Source: an uncultured virus (IMG/VR IMGVR_UViG_3300047550_002736) (Duplodnaviria > Heunggongvirae > Uroviricota > Caudoviricetes). From it: a DNA stretch of 20,000 nt. Each line of letters starts with the position of its first letter. The stretch's first letter is position 1. The position numbers and the translations under genes were made by a program. Location of the stretch: the IMG/VR virus record IMGVR_UViG_3300047550_002736, one strand, 5' to 3'. Of this stretch, positions 1 through 8,293 are shown one piece after another. Under the pieces are notes generated by a model. The model saw only the letters and a list, made by a program, of their open reading frames with translations. It searched no databases and was not told the origin of the DNA.

Positions 1-734
1 TCTTCCGCATCACTCCAGTCACGTTTTGCATATACATTACCAAGTTCAATTGGTTGAAATACTTCTTCATTTTGAATTGCTTTTTTGATTCGTGCAACAC
101 CCTTAGTAATCTTGCGAGTAACAAACTCTTCACCTCTGCGGGTTCCCTCATGATTGAACAAAAGGCCTTGAACAGCATATAGGTTATAAGATTCTCTGTA
201 GACCTTGACCAATTGTCGAGCTGCGCTTTTACTTGCCCCATATGGACTACGTGGACGAGCTGGATGATTTTCGTCTTGTGGTGTATAGGCTACGTTACCA
301 TACTCTTCTGATGAACCAGCATTATAAAATCTACATGTTGGTCTTTTTTGACGAATGGCTTCTAAAATATGAATTACACCTGTAGTATTACATTCCCAAG
401 TTTGTGCCGGAAAGTCCCAACTACTACCAACAAATGTTTGTGCGGCCAGATTAATAAAATAATCTGGTTGAATTTGTTCGATTGTCTTTGAGATACTGTG
501 TGCGTCACTCAAATCAAAGTTGATCAATTGAAAACGTGGTTCATTTTCAAGATGTTTGATGTTTTCATGATTTTTTATACTAAGTCTACGTGCTCCACCA
601 AAAATAGTGTAATCCGTATTTTTTAATAGATAGTCAACCATGTGGCTACCATCTTGACCAGTAACTCCGGTCACAAAAACAGTTTTTTTGCCATTCATAA
701 ATTTTTTAGCATCTGATATGTTGTATATTTCCAT
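1..734 (-). CDS. gmd: GDP-mannose 4,6-dehydratase, partial (runs off window start; not in ORF track)
   Basis: Manual translation from ATG at 734: MEIYNISDAKKFMNGKKTVFVTGVTGQDGSHMVDYLL...INLAAQTFVGSSW...FYNAGSSEEYG...PRSPYGASK...LFNHEGTRRGEEFVTRKIT...LGNVYAKRDW. Contains the GxxGxxG (TGQDG), YxxxK and FNHE..RRG..FVTRKI signatures of Gmd. Confidence 0.95.
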   Translation of the reverse strand, partial: MEIYNISDAKKFMNGKKTVFVTGVTGQDGSHMVDYLLKNTDYTIFGGARRLSIKNHENIKHLENEPRFQLINFDLSDAHSISKTIEQIQPDYFINLAAQTFVGSSWDFPAQTWECNTTGVIHILEAIRQKRPTCRFYNAGSSEEYGNVAYTPQDENHPARPRSPYGASKSAARQLVKVYRESYNLYAVQGLLFNHEGTRRGEEFVTRKITKGVARIKKAIQNEEVFQPIELGNVYAKRDWSDAE

Positions 735-745
735 AAAACAGTTAG

Positions 746-1228
746 TTAGAGTTTATCGTCGTCGGTTTCGTCGTCGTCCTCTTCATCTAAATAGTTAGAA
801 TCATCGTCTGACCTAAATTTATATTTTTTATTAAAGTCAATGATGTCTTGATTGTTTATTTTATTGTTCATCATCACAAGCTGTATGATAATTAATATTA
901 GTTCAGTATTAAATTTTTCTTGTGATAAAATGTTGTTGAACATCATTGATATAGTGACCAACTTTTGTTTAAGTTTCTCTGGTATATGATCGAATGGTTC
1001 ATTTGAATTTTTATTTATTATTAACCCAGGTATTTTTTCATTATTGATAGTATTTTTCATTTGAAGCACTATCATCTGCTCTAATTTTTTATTCATTTCT
1101 TCTGGCGAATCACATGTTTTTTCCAATTTAGATTTTAATGTTTCTATATCAGCAGGATTTACTTTTTTAGCTACATTAAATGCTACCAATATTCCATGTT
1201 TTGCCAAAAGATGTGTAAATTTGTTCAT
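746..1228 (-). CDS. hypothetical protein with acidic C-terminal tail
   Basis: 160-aa ORF packed between neighbours (2-nt and 11-nt gaps); ends DDDSNYLDEEDDDETDDDKL; no recognised domain. Confidence 0.7.
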   Translation of the reverse strand: MNKFTHLLAKHGILVAFNVAKKVNPADIETLKSKLEKTCDSPEEMNKKLEQMIVLQMKNTINNEKIPGLIINKNSNEPFDHIPEKLKQKLVTISMMFNNILSQEKFNTELILIIIQLVMMNNKINNQDIIDFNKKYKFRSDDDSNYLDEEDDDETDDDKL

Positions 1229-1230
1229 TA

Positions 1231-1989
1231 TTAGAATCTTTGTTTCAATATCTTTTTACTATCTTGCAATATATCTGGATCAAAAAATTTTGGCCCTCTA
1301 TTTATATATCCTTTACCAGATGTAAATGTGCAGTTATAACAAAGTAATCTCATGTTTTCCATTTTATGGTTTTTGTTGTTACCATCTTCAAAGTTTAATA
1401 ATAAAGGTAATTTTCCATCCGTAAGTCTTCTTTCTCCAAACCCACATTGTTCACACTCAGGTTTTTTAAGGCCAGATCGTATTAATTTATCTTTGAGTCT
1501 ATGAACTGGAAATTCAGGATACATACCCTGCACAATATCTGTTACTGGATACTTTCCCTTGTATGGATCTATTGGACCTCTATATTTTCTTGTGGGATCA
1601 TTTGGATCTTTTTTCTGTATTGGCCAGCCTGGGGTTTTATGAATACCATATAATCGAGCATATTTTTTAAATGTGGGATAACTTACACCTAATCTGCGTG
1701 CTGCTTTACGAGCAGACGTGGATTTTTGTAATGCTTCTTCTACCTCACTTTGCATCAGAGGTTTTGTTTTGGGCCCAGACGATCCTCTTTTTGGATACAA
1801 TTGATCGCCGAGTTCTTTGTCTAAATGAGCAATTTCTACACCTTTTTCTTTTAAAATTCTATATTGGTCTACTTCTTTTCTAACATCATCACCAATATTA
1901 TTAAGTGTATATAACTCTTCAACCTTAGCTTTTAGAGACTCTAATTCAGCCAATTTTTTATTAATTTCACTTATGTCAAAATTTTCCAT
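1231..1989 (-). CDS. Fis-like HTH plus degenerate HNH-like Zn-finger protein
   Basis: HTH-like EEALQKSTSARKAARRLGVSYPTFKKYARLYGI; C-terminal CEQCG...LLLNFEDGNNKNHKMENMRLLCYNC resembles an HNH fold without the usual His residues. ATG at 1989 preferred over TTG at 1995. Confidence 0.7.
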   Translation of the reverse strand: MENFDISEINKKLAELESLKAKVEELYTLNNIGDDVRKEVDQYRILKEKGVEIAHLDKELGDQLYPKRGSSGPKTKPLMQSEVEEALQKSTSARKAARRLGVSYPTFKKYARLYGIHKTPGWPIQKKDPNDPTRKYRGPIDPYKGKYPVTDIVQGMYPEFPVHRLKDKLIRSGLKKPECEQCGFGERRLTDGKLPLLLNFEDGNNKNHKMENMRLLCYNCTFTSGKGYINRGPKFFDPDILQDSKKILKQRF

Positions 1990-1991
1990 AA

Positions 1992-2348
1992 TCAAGGTTT
2001 TAATGATGCTGATAGTGGTTCGTGAGCTAAATCTACCTGAACATTTTTCATGAAAATAGACCTAAGTGTTTCTGCTCTTTTGGGCATACTCGCATTTAGT
2101 AATACTTTGTATGTGTTAATATAACGTTCTTTTTCTTGTTCATTTGTTAGGTTATGACAAACCATAATAGGATTAACAAGCAAGTTTCCATCTGTTTCTT
2201 TCATGCTTTCAATCTTCATCTCCATGGCTCTAGTGCAGGCCTCAACATAACCATCATCAAATATACTACCATCGACTTCAACAATTGATGACCAATCGGC
2301 AGTTAAAACTTTAAATTTTTTAATATTATTATTCTTTTTCTTTGACAT
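1992..2348 (-). CDS. hypothetical protein, apparent paralog of 11888..12349
   Basis: 118-aa ORF in operon order; shares W..V, EAxTRxxE and TxxxLxNA motifs with the 11888..12349 product. Confidence 0.7.
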   Translation of the reverse strand: MSKKKNNNIKKFKVLTADWSSIVEVDGSIFDDGYVEACTRAMEMKIESMKETDGNLLVNPIMVCHNLTNEQEKERYINTYKVLLNASMPKRAETLRSIFMKNVQVDLAHEPLSASLKP

Positions 2349-3951
2349 AAGTTAAATCTCCATCATTCAATAAATCTAAATTTTCTAGTTTTTGATTAAC
2401 GACTTTACATACTTCCTCTTCAACTGTATTTGCTACGAATACAATCTTTTGTATGCTTTTACTTTTGGCACTGTCACGCCATACTCTACCAGTTGATTGT
2501 CTCATCAATACCGCAGAATAAGACGGACATATAAGTGACATTCTTGGATACTTTCCGTTCAAATCATGTAAACTTAAACCAGCACCACCAGCTGCAATAT
2601 TTACCAAAATAACACGTTCTTTATCTGATTGAAAATCATCAACTGCTTGTTGACGTTTCTTATCACTAACTACACCATTAACAATACACTTGGTGTTAAG
2701 GCGATCACTGAGTGCAGATATGGTCTCAGTAAAGTTACAAAATATTACTACACTCATACCATTTTCGAGTGCTTCCTCTGTCATTTCAATAATCAGCGGA
2801 ACTTTAAACATCTCAACTTTCTGTCTGGCTCTAAGAATTGCAGTCATCTTGGTTTGACCTTTGTCTTTCTTGAGAAGTTTTTCTATCTTGAGAAGTTCCA
2901 AACGCATTTCATCATAAACCGTATTAATTCGATCAACATCTTCTTTATCCATTTCATAAGTTTCAGCGGATATTTGACTCTCTGGGAAATTGGGAATTGT
3001 ATCACGGGTAAGTCTGACTCCACGATTCACAAAAATATCTTCATGTAGTTTCATTAAAGATTTTTTGTCACCAGTAAATTCTAATCCAAATCTACCTTTG
3101 ACTACACCATGTTCATATACCCAGTTATAATATTGTTGATTGTTTTTAAATAACTGTATACCTTGACCAACAGTTCGCAACTCAAGAGGATTGGTTGCCA
3201 TAGTAGCCGAACAAAATAACATTTTATATCCAGCTTTTAATGCGGCCAAACATGTTTCACTATTTTTGGTCTTGGCATTTTTTAATTTTTGTGCTTCATC
3301 CCAAACAATCAAAGTTGACTTGGGTATCTTCCATACAAATTCTTTACGACGTGTATCTCTGCGTTTTACATAGGACGCAATCATACTATCCGTCTTACCT
3401 ATACGTAATGATTCATAATTAACAATACCAACACATCTACTCCACATCTTAAAATGGTTTTTGATGACACGTTTCCAACTTTCTTTGACTGCTTTTGGAC
3501 ATACCACTAAAATATCCATATCTAACTCTCTCGCAACACCACAAGCAGTATAAGTTTTGCCAACGCCCACATCGCTACCATCAACTCCAGCACCCCATTT
3601 GGTTATGGATGACACCAATTTACTTACTGCATTAACTTGCCATGGTCGTAATCCATCTTGTTGTTTTACGTCATAATTTGGAAGTGGTTCTACCTTTTTG
3701 GATTTGACATCCGATTTTGATTTCTTTTCGGTAAATTCTTCAAGAGTATCTTTGGCTTCAATCAATACCCAATTTTCATCACGTTTTAATACACCAAAAC
3801 CTTTATCTTTCATGGAAAATTTATTGACTTTCCACCAAGAAAAAAAATGAGGTCTATATTGTATCGGAATTATCCATTCACGAACATAATATGATTTATC
3901 GTCTGCTTCTATTTTTATTGGATCAGACCACTTGATATCCAAATTGATCAT
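2329..3951 (-). CDS. superfamily 2 helicase/translocase, SNF2-like
   Basis: Q-motif LRPWQ, Walker A GSDVGVGKT, Ia VVCP, II WDEAQ, III SAT, IV VIFCNF, V AGGAGLSL, VI QSTGRVWR, followed by the TVEE motif typical of SNF2-like proteins. Confidence 0.9.
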   Translation of the reverse strand: MINLDIKWSDPIKIEADDKSYYVREWIIPIQYRPHFFSWWKVNKFSMKDKGFGVLKRDENWVLIEAKDTLEEFTEKKSKSDVKSKKVEPLPNYDVKQQDGLRPWQVNAVSKLVSSITKWGAGVDGSDVGVGKTYTACGVARELDMDILVVCPKAVKESWKRVIKNHFKMWSRCVGIVNYESLRIGKTDSMIASYVKRRDTRRKEFVWKIPKSTLIVWDEAQKLKNAKTKNSETCLAALKAGYKMLFCSATMATNPLELRTVGQGIQLFKNNQQYYNWVYEHGVVKGRFGLEFTGDKKSLMKLHEDIFVNRGVRLTRDTIPNFPESQISAETYEMDKEDVDRINTVYDEMRLELLKIEKLLKKDKGQTKMTAILRARQKVEMFKVPLIIEMTEEALENGMSVVIFCNFTETISALSDRLNTKCIVNGVVSDKKRQQAVDDFQSDKERVILVNIAAGGAGLSLHDLNGKYPRMSLICPSYSAVLMRQSTGRVWRDSAKSKSIQKIVFVANTVEEEVCKVVNQKLENLDLLNDGDLTYVKEKE

Positions 3952-3953
3952 AC

Positions 3954-4256
3954 TTAATCACCCATTTCGTTTTTGTAACGTGAATTACGTTCATGTTCAT
4001 GTATATTACAACGCTTTAAACGACCTCCCTTAGTTACAATACCAACATCAACTGTCTTCGACATCAATTCAGTAAAATACGCACCGTTGTCATCATCATA
4101 ACCATGTCCCAAACTAACCATTTCAATCATAAATTCTTTTCTTGAAACTTTGTTTATTTGTTGACACATATTTTCCAGATAATTGACAATTTCTGGAACG
4201 GAGTTTTTGAATATCATCTTTTTTGCGATATCATCTTTTATATAATAGTTGTTCAT
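3954..4256 (-). CDS. hypothetical protein
   Basis: 100-aa ORF ending 2 nt before the helicase start; TATTTATA motif 18 nt upstream. Confidence 0.7.
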   Translation of the reverse strand: MNNYYIKDDIAKKMIFKNSVPEIVNYLENMCQQINKVSRKEFMIEMVSLGHGYDDDNGAYFTELMSKTVDVGIVTKGGRLKRCNIHEHERNSRYKNEMGD

Positions 4257-4325
4257 ATAGAATCTTGTTTACCATATAAATAGGCAAATATCAAGAACTA
4301 TTAATATTATAATTTACGGATGTTA

Positions 4326-4922
4326 TCAATCTTTACTGATAGTGACGGGGGAATACATGTCACGATCAGTTTGTCCACGTAGTGTTTCAAAATACTTGAC
4401 AAGTTTATTAACCATATCATCTGCGATTGGTTCTATCCAATCAGATGGATTAAATTCAGTTGTGCTTATACCAATGTGTGATTGTTGCAAATTGCCTTTT
4501 TGAAATTCATCGTATAGAAATTTAGCTAAATCTTTTTTAAGATCTTCGGCATGATGTATAGTAAATATTTCACTCAATGCCTCTTTATAACTAACTCTTA
4601 CAGGCGACTGTCCTTTGCCTCCACTGCCTTTTTCACCTCTACCCGCTGATCTTTGAGCTGCTTTCTTTCTTCTCACCCAATTAGCAATAGCTTTTTTACC
4701 ACCTTTTGCTCTTAGTCTAGCAGCATATTTTTTACCCAAACAAGCACTATAACTAGCTCCCTTTTTTGCATCTCCACATTTACCAGCCTTTTTACCACTA
4801 CTATCATATCTATCCCAACCACCACCAGTTGAACTACCTACCGATCCTTTACCAAACCACGCACGTAAACCACCACGGTAGGTTTCATTGATTTGTTTTT
4901 CGTATTTGGAATAAACATCCAT
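4326..4922 (-). CDS. hypothetical protein with Lys/Gly/Arg-rich basic N-terminal domain (possible virion internal protein)
   Basis: 198 aa; basic segment GGLRAWF...GGWDR...GKCG...ACL...WVRRKKAAQR bounded by INE and LSE tripeptides; acidic C-terminal half. Confidence 0.6.
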   Translation of the reverse strand: MDVYSKYEKQINETYRGGLRAWFGKGSVGSSTGGGWDRYDSSGKKAGKCGDAKKGASYSACLGKKYAARLRAKGGKKAIANWVRRKKAAQRSAGRGEKGSGGKGQSPVRVSYKEALSEIFTIHHAEDLKKDLAKFLYDEFQKGNLQQSHIGISTTEFNPSDWIEPIADDMVNKLVKYFETLRGQTDRDMYSPVTISKD

Positions 4923-5016
4923 ATTCTATTATAAATATGAAATGTCAAACAAATCTATTGGTTTATTTTTGATGGATATTCAACGCAATTACATATTTAT
5001 ATTTATAATTTGAAGT

Positions 5017-5427
5017 ATGCCAAACAAATATGACATAGTATTTCAACAAAGAGATCCGTTAAATACAAAATTTATAGAACGTGTAGTCTCTGGATCTAGT
5101 TTAATTATCCAAACAAATGCTCAAGGCGTATTGGTTGGTAGTGATAATCTTCCACCATTTAATATTTCTGGAAGTGTAATATCCGCATCAGGTCTATTTG
5201 TTGACGGGCCATCCAATTTGGGAGGTGGCGGCGGATCAACAGTAATTGTCAATCTTATATCGCCAACCGGATCTTTTGATAACCTATATTTAAATCCAAA
5301 TAATTCTGTTCCAGCTCCACTTAGTAGCAGTGATTCTGGAACTGAAGGTGAATTGAGAACAGATAATAATTTCTTATATTTATATTTGAATGGTGCATGG
5401 AGACGTTCGCCTTTTACTTTGTTCTAA
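5017..5427 (+). CDS. small virion-fibre-like/structural protein (tentative)
   Basis: Gly/Ser/Asn-rich; C-terminus PLSSSDSGTEGELRTDNNFLYLYLNGAWRR resembles the P..S...G..G....D...LY....W.R module seen at the ends of phage fibre proteins. Confidence 0.5.
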   Translation: MPNKYDIVFQQRDPLNTKFIERVVSGSSLIIQTNAQGVLVGSDNLPPFNISGSVISASGLFVDGPSNLGGGGGSTVIVNLISPTGSFDNLYLNPNNSVPAPLSSSDSGTEGELRTDNNFLYLYLNGAWRRSPFTLF

Positions 5428-5437
5428 GAACTTTTCA

Positions 5438-5453
5438 AAAGACGAACGTCTTT
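5438..5453. terminator. short hairpin between convergent genes, possible bidirectional terminator
   Basis: AAAGAC-GAAC-GTCTTT perfect inverted repeat between the stops at 5427 (+) and 5455 (-). Confidence 0.45.
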
Positions 5454-5454
5454 G

Positions 5455-6099
5455 TTATGTTTTAATCAAGAAATGATGCCAATCAATGTGTTTCGCATCT
5501 TTAATTAGAGCATATACTGGAACAGGTTGAGGAGCTATTGGTTGTTTGAGCAACTTCAAACCTACCTCACTATTCATACGATTACCCTTCTTAGAATTGA
5601 TATCTTTTGAACACAACACAAGATTGGTCCAAGTATCAGCACCACCCTTACTACGAGGAACAATGTGGTCAATAGTAGCAGAATTACGATCAATCTTTTT
5701 ACCAGAATATTGACACACACCACCGTCACGGGTATAGATTGCATCTTTACTAGGCTTGCCTCTAAAGTGTTTTACAGGCATTTTATTAAAGTTGGTAGCT
5801 ATGATAACAGTGGGAACACGAATTATCATAGTAGGAGTGTTGATACTCAAATCCCAACTACGAACTGGTAGCTTCATCCACTCAGTCCATGACACGGGAT
5901 TCATGCTCTTAGGATCGTCTAAGATAGGATCACCATTGTTATCAATATCATAGTCGATATCTAATGCTAATGAAGAGGGCTTTCCATTGGCATCACAACC
6001 ACAAAGATCCACAATAGCATCCTTGACGGTCTTGAAACCAACTGGCTGCCAGTTAGCATTAAGATTCAAACAGATTAACTTGTTTACAACACTATTCAT
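5455..6099 (-). CDS. HNH endonuclease (McrA/HNH_5-like)
   Basis: LNANWQP N-terminal motif, RVPTVI, then RDGGVCQYSG...TIDHIVPRSKGGADTWTNLVLCSKDINSKKGN with intact DH, N and N. Confidence 0.9.
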   Translation of the reverse strand: MNSVVNKLICLNLNANWQPVGFKTVKDAIVDLCGCDANGKPSSLALDIDYDIDNNGDPILDDPKSMNPVSWTEWMKLPVRSWDLSINTPTMIIRVPTVIIATNFNKMPVKHFRGKPSKDAIYTRDGGVCQYSGKKIDRNSATIDHIVPRSKGGADTWTNLVLCSKDINSKKGNRMNSEVGLKLLKQPIAPQPVPVYALIKDAKHIDWHHFLIKT

Positions 6100-6108
6100 A
6101 ACTTCTCC

Positions 6109-6136
6109 ATAATACTCTACTTTTTATAAATGTCAA
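6109..6136 (-). promoter_or_regulatory. sigma70-type promoter for the HNH gene
   Basis: Minus strand TTGACA (6136-6131), 16 nt, TATTAT (6114-6109), then 9 nt (GGAGAAGTT) to ATG at 6099. Confidence 0.65.
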
Positions 6137-6446
6137 TAGGAAATTTTTCATATGGATCTAAAGTTTCATCTAACCTCGATTTTGCTATATTTAAATCAAC
6201 TTTAAACCATTCATTTCGCATTTCCAACGCAAAATGTTTCATCATATCTTTAATCTTTTGTTCTGCCACATAACAATCTGGATGTTTTATGTAATATTCT
6301 ATACGATAATTACGATGTGGAGATGATGTTTGATATGAACGCAGACGATTATTTATATCATTTGTTACCCCAATCTTGTAAAAATTGGGGAAAGCAGTAT
6401 TGCTTATAATATAAATAAACCCTTCTTTTGACCGTTGTTTACCCAT
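6117..6446 (-). CDS. T5orf172/MUG113-type GIY-YIG nuclease domain protein
   Basis: GFIYIISNTAFPNFYKIGVT...RLRSYQTSSP...AEQKIK...NEWF matches the GxIY..KIGxT..R..E..EWF pattern. Confidence 0.85.
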   Translation of the reverse strand: MGKQRSKEGFIYIISNTAFPNFYKIGVTNDINNRLRSYQTSSPHRNYRIEYYIKHPDCYVAEQKIKDMMKHFALEMRNEWFKVDLNIAKSRLDETLDPYEKFPIDIYKK

Positions 6447-6499
6447 ACTAATAAGTAGTCAACGGAACAGAAGAAGGGTCTGGGTGAGTCAATTATCTA

Positions 6500-7588
6500 T
6501 TACATGGTTACTTTTCTCAAAACATAGGCAATCAAGAATGTAGCTGGAATTGTCAATACCCAAGCAAACAATATTCTACCCGCTGTTCCAAAACAAAGTG
6601 ACTTGCCTTCTTTCTTTGCCAAACCTACACCCATAATACTGGTTGTAATTGCATGTGTGGTTGACACTGGCATACCCAACTTAGCTGCCAACAACAAAAT
6701 AGAAGCACCAGTTGTTTCAGCTGCAAAACCGTGAGCTGGTTTCAAATCGACCAACTTGTTTCCAAGTGTATCAATAATCTTCCATCCACCAGCAGCAGTT
6801 CCAGCAGCCATGACCAAAGCACATGTAATCTTAATCCAAAGTGCAATAGTTTGTGTTCCATCAGCAGCAGTCACCATTGGGTGTTTCAAGAACTCCAACC
6901 AAGATGGAGCATTTTGAAGATCGCCCGCCTTTGTAGCAGCCAACAGTGACAATGCAATGATCCCCATGATCTTTTGAGCGTCATTACTACCATGAGCAAA
7001 TCCCATATAAGCTGAACTGATCAATTGTAACTTACCAAAGGTCTTTTGAACGATTTCTAACTCATACACCTTCTTCAACATAAAGTATAAAAATGCCATG
7101 AACAAAAATCCACAAATTAATCCCAATACTGGTGAACTGATCATTGGGATGAATACCTTGTAGAACACACCATCGTTCTTGAACCAAACTCCACCCTTGT
7201 CTTTCATCCAAATGATTGAATTCCAATTGTCATGTGCAGATGCTACAGTAGCACCCAATAGTCCACCAATCATTGCGTGACTTGAACTACTTGGAAGTCC
7301 ATACCACCAAGTAACAAGATTCCACACAATACCACCCAATAGTGCGCAAATGATTGTGGTTGAAGTTACAAAGGTTGCATCAACCAATCCACTAGTTATG
7401 GTCTTGGCAACTGCGGTTCCTACCAATGCACCAATCAAGTTTGTTACTGTTGCTAGAATAATGGCATTTCTTGGACTTAGTGCTTTTGTTGCAACTGTTG
7501 TAGCAATTGAATTGGCGGTGTCATGAAAGCCGTTGATATATTCAAATATCAAGGCAACGATTATTACGGTTAATGCGAGTGTTAACAT
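6500..7588 (-). CDS. pit: inorganic phosphate transporter, PiT family
   Basis: Both PiT signatures present: FEYINGFHDTANSIAT and FAHGSNDAQKIMG; also GLPSSSSHA and GMPVSTTH; many hydrophobic helices. Confidence 0.95.
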   Translation of the reverse strand: MLTLALTVIIVALIFEYINGFHDTANSIATTVATKALSPRNAIILATVTNLIGALVGTAVAKTITSGLVDATFVTSTTIICALLGGIVWNLVTWWYGLPSSSSHAMIGGLLGATVASAHDNWNSIIWMKDKGGVWFKNDGVFYKVFIPMISSPVLGLICGFLFMAFLYFMLKKVYELEIVQKTFGKLQLISSAYMGFAHGSNDAQKIMGIIALSLLAATKAGDLQNAPSWLEFLKHPMVTAADGTQTIALWIKITCALVMAAGTAAGGWKIIDTLGNKLVDLKPAHGFAAETTGASILLLAAKLGMPVSTTHAITTSIMGVGLAKKEGKSLCFGTAGRILFAWVLTIPATFLIAYVLRKVTM

Positions 7589-7594
7589 ATGTTT

Positions 7595-8203
7595 TTAGAA
7601 TTTGTATCTTATAATTAGTGCTGCAATGTCCGCATCTACCCAACGCGAACCAGATAGTTTTGTTTCATGAAAATAATATATGTCACCATAAATGTGTTTG
7701 GTTATGGTATATCCTATACCGCCACCAACACGGTTTCTATTAAACTCAAAACCACTATCCAAATCAAAGAAAATTTCGTCATACACAAACGGAGTTATTT
7801 TGAATCTAGTCCAACTATATGGCAAGTCATATTTGAATCGTTCACGAACTCTGTAATCATTAGCCGTGTTAAGGTCTCCCAATTCATGACCTGGTATAAA
7901 TTCAAATCGTGTTCTTAATGCTAATTTACCCCATTCTCCTTTTTCAGTATAATGAGTTCCCAACATAAAACGACTAGCAAATCTATAACCAGTTTTGCCA
8001 CCCTTGTCTTCGTAAATAAAACGATAAGCAGCAAACGGAGTCCACTTCTTGGTTAAGTTGTAACTATATGATATATCAGTGTGTTCATAGTATGGTTCGC
8101 CATCTTTTGTTCTACCTTCTTGTTCTAATATAAAGTAAGATTTTTCGTCAGCTTTAACCAAAGATGATAAACACAGTAAAAGTAATAGTATATATTTAGT
8201 CAT
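7595..8203 (-). CDS. outer-membrane beta-barrel protein, DUF2490-like
   Basis: Sec signal peptide MTKYILLLLLCLSSLVKA; alternating aromatic/hydrophobic strands; RTRFEF, YRVRER, PFVYDEIFF and FNRNRVGGGIGY motifs as in DUF2490; C-terminal IIRYKF fits the BAM beta-signal. Confidence 0.8.
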   Translation of the reverse strand: MTKYILLLLLCLSSLVKADEKSYFILEQEGRTKDGEPYYEHTDISYSYNLTKKWTPFAAYRFIYEDKGGKTGYRFASRFMLGTHYTEKGEWGKLALRTRFEFIPGHELGDLNTANDYRVRERFKYDLPYSWTRFKITPFVYDEIFFDLDSGFEFNRNRVGGGIGYTITKHIYGDIYYFHETKLSGSRWVDADIAALIIRYKF

Positions 8204-8225
8204 AGTCGTGTGAGAGACTATAACT

Positions 8226-8293
8226 ATGACGTATTCGTGACTGTTCTAAGACTTTATAGTGACAATCCTGTTACAGTGACAATCCTGTTACAG
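8226..8293 (-). promoter_or_regulatory. tandem Pho-box-like array upstream of the barrel-pit operon
   Basis: Minus-strand heptamers in exact 11-bp phase: CTGTAAC (8276-8270), TTGTCAC (8265-8259), AAGTCTT (8254-8248), CAGTCAC (8243-8237), ACGTCAT (8232-8226); a second CTGTAAC-AGGA-TTGTCAC at 8293-8276; PhoB consensus is CTGTCAT-N4-CTGTCAC. A -10-like TATAGT lies at 8222-8217. Confidence 0.75.
8258..8291. repeat. exact 17-bp tandem duplication
   Basis: AGTGACAATCCTGTTAC at 8258-8274 and 8275-8291; overlaps the palindrome AATCCTGT-T-ACAGGATT (8281-8297). Confidence 0.95.

Noticed and set aside
1231..3951. SNF2 helicase plus HNH as a bacterial anti-phage defence system
   Set aside because: The HNH-like protein lacks catalytic His residues, no known defence gene architecture is matched and the context is phage-like.
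8258..8291. 17-bp direct repeat as a CRISPR array or att site
   Set aside because: Only two abutting copies with no spacer; no cas or integrase gene; better explained as a duplicated regulatory box.
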